Positions 38,913 through 47,469 of a stretch of 64,000 bases of DNA are shown here, piece after piece. The stretch is from a virus (lineage: Duplodnaviria > Heunggongvirae > Uroviricota > Caudoviricetes), in the IMG/VR virus record IMGVR_UViG_3300006147_000008, positions 19,905 to 83,904 of that record; one strand, given 5' to 3'. Position numbers and translations under genes: made by a program. Numbering within the stretch: position 1 is the stretch's first letter; every line of letters begins with the position of its first letter. The notes beneath the pieces were generated by a model. That model saw nothing but the letters and a program-made list of their open reading frames with translations. It searched no databases and had not been told where the DNA came from.

Positions 38913-39030
38913 TGCCAGGGGTTGGATTTGAACCAACGACCTTCGGCTCCTGGCCGACGCTCTATCCAGATAAACTTGCTGTTCACGCCTCTTAAAAGAC
39001 GCACGTTTTTTTTGACTGAGCTACCCTGAC
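38913..39030 (-). ncRNA. tRNA-like RNA B (about 118 nt): about 44-nt insert in D-loop
   Basis: Acceptor GTCAGGG/CCCTGGC, TAGCTCAGTC...TGGATAGAGC D-arm split by insert (hairpin CGTCTT-TTAA-GAGGCG + ACAGCAA), T-arm GTTGG-TTCAAAT-CCAAC; anticodon loop non-canonical. Confidence 0.55.
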
Positions 39031-39036
39031 ATATGT

Positions 39037-39156
39037 TGCGGCAGGCAGGACTCGAACCTACAGTGTAGCGGTTCCCATTAGCATACCTTGCTGTCAGTGA
39101 AACCAGACGTTTCACATTTTGCATTACCGCCGTGTCTACCATTCCACCACTGCCGC
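39037..39156 (-). ncRNA. tRNA-like RNA C (about 120 nt): about 53-nt insert in anticodon region
   Basis: Acceptor GCGGCAG/CTGCCGC, D-arm GGTGGAATGGTAGACAC, stem GCGGT/ACCGC around insert (GTGAAAC-GTCTG-GTTTCAC hairpin + ACAGCAA), T-arm GTAGG-TTCGAGT-CCTGC. Confidence 0.55.
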
Positions 39157-39280
39157 ATAAATGCTCGTCTTTCCAAGCTGCCATCGGTTCTCCACTTTTC
39201 GTTGTCTGAACCGAAAACTTGGCCCACGCTGGTTCAAATTCTATCTGGAGAGAATGGAACCAGAAACTAAATACTCCTTG

Positions 39281-39397
39281 TGCCAGGGGTGGGACTCGAA
39301 CCCACGACCACGGGATTAAAAAGTCCTTTTGAAAATTGCTGTGCGCGTTTCCTTGAATACGCATTGATACGTGCTCTATCCGCTGAGCTACCCTGGC
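39281..39397 (-). ncRNA. tRNA-like RNA D (about 117 nt): insert after a canonical D-arm
   Basis: Acceptor GCCAGGG/CCCTGGC, D-arm GCTC-AGCGGATA-GAGC, T-arm GTGGG-TTCGAGT-CCCAC; insert with hairpin TGCGT..ACGCG + CACAGCAA. Confidence 0.55.
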
Positions 39398-39985
39398 TTA
39401 TCATATGTGTGGGTGAGGATTTCCACCTCACAAAGCGTCTTCTACCGTTCGTGTGCGCACACTCTGGGCGGTTCTCACGCCTGAACCACTTGCGTCTACA
39501 TATTCCGCCACCACACATATAATCCTGGCTCTCACAGGTGGGAGCGGTACGTTCTCCCAGATGTTCCGATTTGCACGGTCACTACACTTATTTTACGTCC
39601 GTTGCTGATCACCATTAGACGGCGTTCTCTGTACCAGAGCAATCGCATTGTGCGAACGCATTTTGTTTCCCCAAATTTACGGATGATTTGCTGTTAGCGT
39701 CCATTGTTATCATTTTTCAAAAATCGCACTGAAAGCGGTGAATGTGTTGCTACTCAGGATTGGATTAGGGCTTGTCTCGTGCTTTATTCATTGCAGATCC
39801 TCCTTAGCTGCTTCCCTGAAAATTCCGCACTTATGTGGGCGGCTCACATTTTGAGATCACATTGGGGCAACCGCCCCGCACATTTTCGCAGCCGATTTAC
39901 ATTTTTCAAAGTAGGGCTTAAACGGTCTGGTCACGTGCTCTATTCATGGCACGAACCTCCTTTCTAAGACTCTTATGACGGCTTT

Positions 39986-40100
39986 AGGGGAGCTGCGGAG
40001 TTGAACCGCAAGCAAAAGATTTCCATTCTTTTTTTTGGTAAGATTGCTGTAAGTGTCCGCCGTTGATTACACTTTTATGTGCTGCCACCGGACGCTCCCC
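39986..40100 (-). ncRNA. tRNA-like RNA F (about 115 nt): D region replaced by structured insert; candidate anticodon GGA
   Basis: Acceptor GGGGAGC/GCTCCCC, T-arm TGCGG-TTCAACT-CCGCA, anticodon arm AAAGA-ATGGAAA-TCTTT; insert contains TTACAGCAAT box. Confidence 0.4.
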
Positions 40101-40176
40101 GTATTGCCCGTCTTTCCAGGCTGTCAGTGGTCTTTCCCACCGTCAGAAAGGGGGTCGCCGCCCACCACAGCGGCGA

Positions 40177-40267
40177 TGGCGAAGGGAGCGGGACTCGAAC
40201 CCACACGTCCTTGCGGGCTACTGCTGGTTTAGCAAACCAGTGCCTTACCAGTTAGGCTTATCCCTCC
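40177..40267 (-). tRNA. tRNA-Ser (anticodon GCU), type II with long variable arm, encoded CCA
   Basis: Acceptor GGAGGGA/TCCCTTC, anticodon stem CTGGT/ACCAG with loop TTGCTAA, 19-nt variable arm, T-arm GTGGG-TTCGAGT-CCCGC, 3' GCCA; promoter-like ACAGCAAT box 68 nt upstream (about 40335-40346). Confidence 0.7.
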
Positions 40268-40499
40268 ATGTGCAGCCTGGGCCGCAACGAGACGCATTAA
40301 ACGTGACGAATTAGCAGTTCGTTGTTTTTTTGATTGCTGTTAGCGTCTCACTACTCACATCGTCAGGCTGTGTTCCAACCCGGCGATTGCTCGGCTCATG
40401 CCGGCGATCCGTCCACGCAGAGAGTCTATCGTCTGCTGTATCTCCTCCTTGTCGTGGGAGACAGGCACACTCTTCTTTCCGAATGCCATAGCGCCCTCC

Positions 40500-41399
40500 T
40501 CAGTTCATGCCGTCGATGGAGACGATGGACGTTCCACCAGACACCTTGGGCATCTGCCCGTTCCACTGCTCATACTTGATCTTCTCAATCAGCTCAGGAG
40601 TGAGAGAGGCGGCAATCACACGGTTGGCCTCCGCCTCCGCTTCAGCGGCAATCCGCACCACATCAGCTTCGGCGTTCGCCTTAACAACGGCTGTCTCGGC
40701 TTGGATCTCGGCGACTTCCTTTTCCTTGTTGGCCTGAATCTTGGCGGTCTGTGCCTCAATGTTTGCCAGCTCCAGCTCCTGCTGGGCTGTGACTTTCTTC
40801 TGAATTGCCGCCGCCGTCTCAGCGTCCACGGAAATGTCTGTAAAGTTCACGGTGTCAATGATGATGCCGTATCCGTCGAACTTCTCTTTGAGGTAGGTGT
40901 CCAGCTCGGTATTGATGGCGGTACGCTGATCGCCGAAGATGTCCGTAACGGGGTAGTTGGCACTGACCTCCTGCGTCCAAGCGATAATCTTGGGCTTGAT
41001 GAACGTATCCTTGATTTCCTCGCCAGACTTGCCCTTAAAGGTAACAAATGTCTGTGCTACTCGTGCCTCGTCAAACCGATAAGAGAACTCCAGGTTGACA
41101 CGAACCGTCTTGCCGTCTGAGGTGGGAACGTTGAAGCTCTCGTCACTGGAGGAGTCACCCTTATCATCCGCCGTCAGGTAGGACTGCTCGATGCCGATGG
41201 AGTAGGTTGTGACCTTCTTGGTGGGCGCTACCAGGTGCCAGCCCTGGGTCAGCACCTCGCCGTCCACGCCGCCGTTCATGTTGTACACCACACCCACATA
41301 GCCTGCCGGCACGCGGCTGGTGCAGAGCAGCGCAAGGATCACCACGCCAAAGATGATGACCGCCAAAGCGATTGCGCCAACAAAACCCTTTTTCTTCAT
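40500..41399 (-). CDS. SPFH/band-7 (prohibitin/HflK-like) membrane protein
   Basis: N-terminal TM, SPFH core, long coiled-coil Ala/Glu-rich region. Confidence 0.8.
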   Translation of the reverse strand: MKKKGFVGAIALAVIIFGVVILALLCTSRVPAGYVGVVYNMNGGVDGEVLTQGWHLVAPTKKVTTYSIGIEQSYLTADDKGDSSSDESFNVPTSDGKTVRVNLEFSYRFDEARVAQTFVTFKGKSGEEIKDTFIKPKIIAWTQEVSANYPVTDIFGDQRTAINTELDTYLKEKFDGYGIIIDTVNFTDISVDAETAAAIQKKVTAQQELELANIEAQTAKIQANKEKEVAEIQAETAVVKANAEADVVRIAAEAEAEANRVIAASLTPELIEKIKYEQWNGQMPKVSGGTSIVSIDGMN

Positions 41400-41419
41400 G
41401 TTGTCGTTACCTCCGTTTT

Positions 41420-41602
41420 TTAATAGTCTGCTGTGTCGTTCTCTGCTGGGATATCCGGGTCTTCCTCATCCTCCTCGTTCATGGCGTCCTTGGCGTCTCC
41501 CCAGATTTGACTGATTAGGTCGCCCAACGACCAGTACGAGGATGAAAGCAGCAACCACAGCAAAGCCGCTGCCAGAAAGACCAGAAAGATAAATACAGGC
41601 AA
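41420..41602 (-). CDS. small membrane protein upstream of SPFH gene (NfeD/YqiJ-like partner?)
   Basis: TTG start after GGGGGGGAGAAC; hydrophobic N-terminus then acidic tail. Confidence 0.4.
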   Translation of the reverse strand: MPVFIFLVFLAAALLWLLLSSSYWSLGDLISQIWGDAKDAMNEEDEEDPDIPAENDTADY

Positions 41603-41691
41603 GTTCTCCCCCCCTATGCTAATTTTGAGAGATTTTGTTGCTTGCTATTGAGTTCTTAAAACGGCGTAAGCCGTTTTAAGAGTTATAGCCT

Positions 41692-42627
41692 TTAGTAGAA
41701 TAACCGCTTGTAAAGCGTGTAGTCGTTCATACGCTGCCGGTATATGCGCTGCACATCCGTCTTGGCCTTTGGATTGACAAAATCCTCACAGAACACCTTG
41801 GAGGCAAAGGCCAGGTCGTCCAAATTGAACTTTGTGCTCTCGCATTCCAGCATATACGCCCGGTAGAATATTCCCGACAACCGCACCACCTCAAACCGAA
41901 GTGCTCCGATGTGATCCAGTATCTTGTCCATACGGCTCAAACTGCGCCGCATATGGAAGACGGTCATTTGAGATGAAGCAAGTGTCCGTATCAGGTTGGG
42001 CGACTCAGCGTAGCGCATGAAAGTAAGACCCTTGGACTGCTTGTAGTAGCCGTCCGCGTCCCGCAGGCGGGCCAGGATTTCGGTCACAAAACTTGGCATG
42101 GAAATCATCTGACCGTTCAGCATCACACCTTCATTTGTTACGGCGTCCTTCGGGAGATTGATGATTTCCTCCTCTGTCAAGCCAAACCAGGCCAGATAAA
42201 GGATCGAAACTGGCACATCAAAAACCATATCGTCCGCACGCGCCGCAGCGTCTATGGTGCTCTGGATCATCTCACGCAACATGGACAAATTCTTGTAGTA
42301 GCGGATGCGTCCATCTTCCGACTTGATACTCAGCTCCTCCGGCTTGATGGAAAAGATGATCTGCTCATGTTCCTCTGGCATAACCTGATGGGAAATCATA
42401 TACCGGACGTAGTGCATAACGACTTTCCTATCGTTGAGAAAGGTGCCGGTCTTTTGCACCAGGAGGGAACTGAACAGCTTGATGTACTCCTCTCTGGTGT
42501 ATCCCTCGTCCAGCGTCTTACCGAAGCTCTCCTCGAACTTCAAGACCTTGTTCCATGTCCTTTGGAACTGTGCGGCCTGCGGGTATGAGGAACTGCCCTC
42601 CGGGTCGTCGAAATATTTCTTGCGGTT
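41692..42627 (-). CDS. hypothetical protein (312 aa)
   Basis: Start MNRKKYF placed downstream of leader box at 42651-42680 with GGAGAAACGGAGG RBS. Confidence 0.45.
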   Translation of the reverse strand, partial: NRKKYFDDPEGSSSYPQAAQFQRTWNKVLKFEESFGKTLDEGYTREEYIKLFSSLLVQKTGTFLNDRKVVMHYVRYMISHQVMPEEHEQIIFSIKPEELSIKSEDGRIRYYKNLSMLREMIQSTIDAAARADDMVFDVPVSILYLAWFGLTEEEIINLPKDAVTNEGVMLNGQMISMPSFVTEILARLRDADGYYKQSKGLTFMRYAESPNLIRTLASSQMTVFHMRRSLSRMDKILDHIGALRFEVVRLSGIFYRAYMLECESTKFNLDDLAFASKVFCEDFVNPKAKTDVQRIYRQRMNDYTLYKRLFY

Positions 42628-42748
42628 CATGGCGTCCTCCGTTTCTCCACAAAAGATTTTGTGTAATGCTATCTTAGCACTTCTTGACGGGTTTGTCAAT
42701 AGGGTGAAACAAAATTGCAGAGATTTTTTTTGGAGGTCGCCTTGGCTA

Positions 42749-43225
42749 TTACTCTTCCAGCCGACGATGCAGCCAGTTCTTTTGCTGAGGGGTCAGACGG
42801 TCAACCATCTTGCCCAGCCACTTGAAATCTGTCGCAAGCAACCGCCAGTTGAAATAGTTGGCTTCCTCAAAACCCAGCTGCCGGCTGTCCAGGCCAGTGT
42901 CTTGGGCAAAGAACTTGTCCAGCAGACCCATGATCTGCTCATTGGTGGCCTCCAAGGGGCGGCGCATCTGCTTCCCACCGTTCAGATCAGCGACCAGCGC
43001 ACACTTCACTCCCTGAACGGGCTGGGCGGTTATCTGGATGTACGCGCTGGACACCGAGGACATCTGCTTGGGAAGCGGGCCGCGATAAGGAAGCATGATG
43101 TTCTCCTTTTTTGCGCTGTGAAGCTCCACCGCGCTGGTGTCCAGCTCAAAGCCTCCGAAATCTTCTACCGGATTGTTCCGCAGTTGCATTTTCCTACCTC
43201 CGTTCATTTTTTGGTTGACGTTCAT
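42749..43225 (-). CDS. hypothetical protein
   Basis: 158-aa ORF; divergent to HTH gene. Confidence 0.4.
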   Translation of the reverse strand: MNVNQKMNGGRKMQLRNNPVEDFGGFELDTSAVELHSAKKENIMLPYRGPLPKQMSSVSSAYIQITAQPVQGVKCALVADLNGGKQMRRPLEATNEQIMGLLDKFFAQDTGLDSRQLGFEEANYFNWRLLATDFKWLGKMVDRLTPQQKNWLHRRLEE

Positions 43226-43365
43226 TGAAATATGTGATATAATTTTCTCGAAACACGAAAGTTATCGTGTCTGTTGCCTACTATACCATCAAACTTTCGT
43301 GCTGTCAAGTGGTTTTCACGAAAATCTGCGTGACTTTTTCAAAATTTCTACTGGGAGGTCATGTT

Positions 43366-43731
43366 ATGGAGTCCATCATCTTTACAAGGATCAAGGAACT
43401 GTGTGTTGAAAACGACATCACAGTCAATAAACTTGAGTCCGAGTTGGGTATGAGCCAATATTCCATTGGGAGATGGAAAAACGCCACATCACCCACTATT
43501 GACAAGGTTTCCAAGATCGCTAAATATTTCAATGTCTCCATAGACTACTTGGTAGGCGCTACAGACATCCGCACACCCATGGATACCATGATGAAGGATC
43601 AGGACTTCATCTCTATCCAGCGGGCGCGGGAGCAAATGAGCGACAGAGATCGGCAGCGCATGATGATTATGCTAAAGGCCGGCTTTGACTTTGCTTTTTC
43701 CGACGACAAGTCCCGTTTATCGGACACTTGA
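43366..43731 (+). CDS. XRE-family HTH transcriptional regulator (CI/ImmR-like repressor)
   Basis: HTH_3 ...ITVNKLESELGMSQYSIGRWKNA...; RBS GGGAGG before MESIIF. Confidence 0.8.
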   Translation: MESIIFTRIKELCVENDITVNKLESELGMSQYSIGRWKNATSPTIDKVSKIAKYFNVSIDYLVGATDIRTPMDTMMKDQDFISIQRAREQMSDRDRQRMMIMLKAGFDFAFSDDKSRLSDT

Positions 43732-43773
43732 TATGATATACTTGTTTCCCAACGGTTCCGAAAGGAGGCAGAA

Positions 43774-44373
43774 ATGGTCAGGACTGTCTATGTCCAACGT
43801 AAAGTGCTGGAGATATACCAACGGATGGATACTATCATCTATCCCATCCAACCCTTAACGGTAATTCCATGCCTTACCCAGCATTGTCGAGCGCTTACCT
43901 ATCAGGATATGGCAAAGCTCAACCAATGCAACATCAAAGATGTAGCTGTCATGTGTAAAAGCAATTCCGGTGCAACCCACTACGATACTGAACAGAACCG
44001 TTACCTCATCCTTTACAACGACGCTATGAACCAAGGAAGGGTTCGATGGACAATCAGCCATGAAATCGGCCACATCTGCATTGGGCACCTGGAAATGATT
44101 GAGGAAGCAGAGATTGCTTGCTCCGAATGGCGGGAACCATACAATCAGTTCGAGGGTGAAGCTGACTATTTTGCTTGGAACCTCATCGCTCCACTCCCTA
44201 TCATGCGTGAAATGGGCATCCGTACTGCAAATCAGATACAAACCGTGTACGGCCTGTCATCCCAAGCCGCCGCTCTCCACTATGACAGATACCTCAAGTG
44301 GTGCCGCAGCCATATCAAAACCGCTTGGGAAAACAATATGCTCCGAGAGTTCCGCTGTAAATTCCAGAAGTGA
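43774..44373 (+). CDS. ImmA/IrrE-family zinc metallopeptidase
   Basis: HEIGHICIGH zinc-binding motif; directly downstream of XRE regulator. Confidence 0.8.
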   Translation: MVRTVYVQRKVLEIYQRMDTIIYPIQPLTVIPCLTQHCRALTYQDMAKLNQCNIKDVAVMCKSNSGATHYDTEQNRYLILYNDAMNQGRVRWTISHEIGHICIGHLEMIEEAEIACSEWREPYNQFEGEADYFAWNLIAPLPIMREMGIRTANQIQTVYGLSSQAAALHYDRYLKWCRSHIKTAWENNMLREFRCKFQK

Positions 44374-44375
44374 CT

Positions 44376-44406
44376 TTTGGGGATACCGCCCTCTTGCGAG
44401 GGCGGT
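44376..44406 (+). terminator. rho-independent terminator after immA-like gene
   Basis: CCGCCCTCTTGCGAGGGCGG hairpin followed by T9. Confidence 0.8.
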
Positions 44407-44413
44407 ATTTTTT

Positions 44414-47400
44414 TTACTCAATCACCTGTTTGCCCCAGGAAAGATAGGACAATCCCTTGTCATCCACCTTGCGAGACATCAGCAGACTCATAAGGTCATA
44501 GTCCACGCCGAAGCGGTTATACACCTCATCCAAGTCCACATCCTGCCCCTTCATAAACAGGTTCAACTTCTCCTTTGCAAGAACCATCTGCATTTGGTTA
44601 GACTCAATGCTTCCAGAGTAGGTAACAAAGTAGATGTCCTTCCAGTCTGTAGAGGTGAAGCGGACAAACCTCATATAGAACTGGCTCATCCGGGCATTAT
44701 TATAGTGCAGCTCTGGGATAACCACCTTGTTTACAAACTCGAAGTTGACCGAAGATGGGAGGCATTGCTGAGTACAGACCATAATGCCATTGCCGCTTTC
44801 CTTCAGAGACTTTTTCAGCTTCCGCCGTCCGGCCAAGGTCGTGGTGCTGCCAGTGACGGTAAACAGCTTACGCTTAGGGAAACGCTGCCGAATTGCCTCA
44901 GTGTATGCCTCCACAACGTTTTTATGGCGGACACCGATTACCACGACCTCATCATTCCACTCTGCCACCATATCGCAGACCTTCCTGATCTTGACTGGCA
45001 AATCCGCACTGTCGTATTCCTCCACAGTGTTGGGGGCGGCAGAAATACGCAGGAGCAGGGTGATTTGCTGGATCAGAGCCATCATGCTATCCTTTCGGCT
45101 GTTTCCGGTGAGGGCAAAATACCGCTGACGCAACGCAAAAAACTCCTCAACCGCTTTCCGATACACCTCGCGTTCCACGGAGGAGAACGACACAGGAACC
45201 TGGTGGATGCGACGGATCTCCTTGCCCGTGATTTCCGCGAACGTTCTGGTAATGACAGCGTAAGACAACATCCTGTTCAGCGCGTCCGCATTGTAGATAT
45301 CCTGGGTCTTTTTACCAACACCAAACACGGTGATCTTCTCCGGCAAATGAGACTCAGCAAACAAACGGTATCCAGGCTTGTAGGCGGGGATGGGCTTGCC
45401 ATAGAAGGGGTTGTTAGTGCTGCCCAGCCAGCTACCGTCCTCGTCTTTTTCATACTGATACAAGCACTCCGCCCAAGAAATCATATTGTAAGAGTTGTTA
45501 TAAAGCAGTTCCAGCTGTGGCGCACTCTCCGAGATGTTGTTCCGAGTGACGGTGCCAGTCATTTCCAGCTTAAACCGAACCTTTCTGAAGCAATCCAGTA
45601 CAGCCTTGGTGCGTTTGCTATCTGGGTTGGTCATCTCATCGCTCTCGTCAAATACCAAATCCACGTTCCGCTGCCGCATCTTGATGTGGCGCTTGATCTG
45701 CTTGCGGTACTTGGAGAGCATATTCAGGGTGATGATGACAAACTCACCATCCCTTACCCCATCCAGGTCGGAGAGGGTGCGGATCATCCGATAGTTGGTC
45801 ATACCATAGTTTTTGAACACCAGATCCCAGTTATTTTTGATGGAGATAGCTGTGGACACAACCCAGACGTTCCGAGCACCCTGCCGCTCCATACGATACC
45901 TACCCGTAGCGATACCTGCCAGCGTCTTGCCGCCGCCCTGCTCCCACTGTAGGAGATGGTAACGCTTCTGTAAGATCAGGTTGAGGTTATGCTTCTGAGT
46001 GTCGTTAAGGTGTATCCACTCCTCATTCTCATTATCATAGACGGTAAACTCGTCCAAGAACCGAGCAATCTTAGCGTCCAGCTCCATCTCTTCAAAGGGT
46101 TTTGTCTCTCGGTCATAGTCACGCTGCTTGCGGCGAATGAGACGGGCATACTGCTCTAAACCCGTGCCGTCCATCTGCCCCGAAACGAGAGCGTAAAACG
46201 GGACAAACTGCTTCATTTCCAACGTCATGGACTGCCGTACCTTTTTACTATACCCTTTGTAAATCAGTCCGCCGTCCTGCTTGACCAACCGGATCACATC
46301 GCGGCTGGGCTTCTTGTGCTGGGACTTGACCACACGCCGAAGATAGGCCAGCACCTTAGCTTCTGTAATGCGGATTTTTGCCCACTCCTCGTATTTCATA
46401 TCGGCGGGCTGAACCTGGTGCTGGAACTTATACAGATACTCCTGGCACTTGGCGTACTTGTCGGCCAGCTTGGGGTTTTTCTTAATGTGAAACAACATCT
46501 TCTGCACTTGGTAGTCAAACTCACTGCAATTATCACTGCGTCCAAGCAGCTCGGCACGAGCGCGATTTTGTTGCTTCAGCATTTTGGCAGGAGCCACGAT
46601 TTTCTCCTTGGTGTAACGCAGTAGATCGGCGGTGTCATCCAGGCTGAACATTTGAGCGTCGCAATCCAAACGGTAAACGCCGGAGACTTCCTCACCGTCC
46701 ATTCGTTTCTGCCAGAACATCACCTTTGTAAGATAGTTGGTTACACCCAGATATCTGAACGCGCCGCCCATAATCTCAATCTGTCCCATAAAGGAAAAGT
46801 GCTTTTCCATCTCTGCAATTTTTTGTTTATCCATATAATCATCAGAGAGGAATTGTGCTGGCACCACGATAGCCATGATACCCAGGGGCTTGAGAAGCTG
46901 CGCTGCCTTGAGACAGTAGTACATCTGAGAAATATACTCTGTATCATCCACCTGCCATTTCAGATTGAAGGGCGGATTGCCCACCACAAAATCGAAGTGC
47001 ATATCCGGCTCATAGAAACGAATGTCCTTATGCTCCAAATTGGCGGCAGGGTAGAGATAGTGAGCAACCTTATGGGATTTGATATCCAGCTCACAGCCAT
47101 AGAAGTTGGCCTCCACCGGCATGAAGTTGGCAAAGTGCGCCATCCCGGAGGTAAGGTCGGCTACGGTGTCGGTCATCCCTACATCCAGTGCCTCCATGAT
47201 GAACTGGCACAGGGCAGGCGGAGTGAAGAACTGCCCGTTCTCGATCTCCTTCTTAGCCTCGCCGTACTCGTGGTAGTTGGCAAAATCCGACCGTTTCAGG
47301 CCGTGCAGTCCGCCGTCGCCGGTGTAAGCGTTGAAGATATCCTCACGGGTGATGCCCTCCTGCTCCGCTATATCCTGATCGACGATATAGAGGATCTTGT

Positions 47401-47458
47401 CGTTCAGCTCACGACGGGCCTCCTGGGGGATAATCTCATTGTGAAATGTGTATTTCAT
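44414..47458 (-). CDS. DarB-like N6-adenine DNA methyltransferase fused to SNF2/DEAD-type helicase (1014 aa)
   Basis: N-term MTase motif VVGNPPFNLKW; central/C-term helicase motifs (GGGKT-like Walker A region, DESDEMTNP DExx box). Confidence 0.8.
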   Translation of the reverse strand: MKYTFHNEIIPQEARRELNDKILYIVDQDIAEQEGITREDIFNAYTGDGGLHGLKRSDFANYHEYGEAKKEIENGQFFTPPALCQFIMEALDVGMTDTVADLTSGMAHFANFMPVEANFYGCELDIKSHKVAHYLYPAANLEHKDIRFYEPDMHFDFVVGNPPFNLKWQVDDTEYISQMYYCLKAAQLLKPLGIMAIVVPAQFLSDDYMDKQKIAEMEKHFSFMGQIEIMGGAFRYLGVTNYLTKVMFWQKRMDGEEVSGVYRLDCDAQMFSLDDTADLLRYTKEKIVAPAKMLKQQNRARAELLGRSDNCSEFDYQVQKMLFHIKKNPKLADKYAKCQEYLYKFQHQVQPADMKYEEWAKIRITEAKVLAYLRRVVKSQHKKPSRDVIRLVKQDGGLIYKGYSKKVRQSMTLEMKQFVPFYALVSGQMDGTGLEQYARLIRRKQRDYDRETKPFEEMELDAKIARFLDEFTVYDNENEEWIHLNDTQKHNLNLILQKRYHLLQWEQGGGKTLAGIATGRYRMERQGARNVWVVSTAISIKNNWDLVFKNYGMTNYRMIRTLSDLDGVRDGEFVIITLNMLSKYRKQIKRHIKMRQRNVDLVFDESDEMTNPDSKRTKAVLDCFRKVRFKLEMTGTVTRNNISESAPQLELLYNNSYNMISWAECLYQYEKDEDGSWLGSTNNPFYGKPIPAYKPGYRLFAESHLPEKITVFGVGKKTQDIYNADALNRMLSYAVITRTFAEITGKEIRRIHQVPVSFSSVEREVYRKAVEEFFALRQRYFALTGNSRKDSMMALIQQITLLLRISAAPNTVEEYDSADLPVKIRKVCDMVAEWNDEVVVIGVRHKNVVEAYTEAIRQRFPKRKLFTVTGSTTTLAGRRKLKKSLKESGNGIMVCTQQCLPSSVNFEFVNKVVIPELHYNNARMSQFYMRFVRFTSTDWKDIYFVTYSGSIESNQMQMVLAKEKLNLFMKGQDVDLDEVYNRFGVDYDLMSLLMSRKVDDKGLSYLSWGKQVIE

Positions 47459-47469
47459 GCAGTCACCGC

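Noticed and set aside
38785-40100. Possibility that the long tRNA-like genes are ordinary tRNAs with a simple anticodon-loop intron or a hammerhead/other self-cleaving ribozyme
   Set aside because: No excision restores a canonical 7-nt YU-NNN-R loop. In two elements (B and F) the insert is in the D-loop or D region rather than the anticodon region. Hammerhead core motifs (CUGAnGA...GAAA with correct helices) are not present. I therefore call them tRNA-like ncRNAs rather than intron-containing tRNAs.
44099-45952. 617-aa plus-strand ORF
   Set aside because: Antisense shadow of the MTase-helicase gene.
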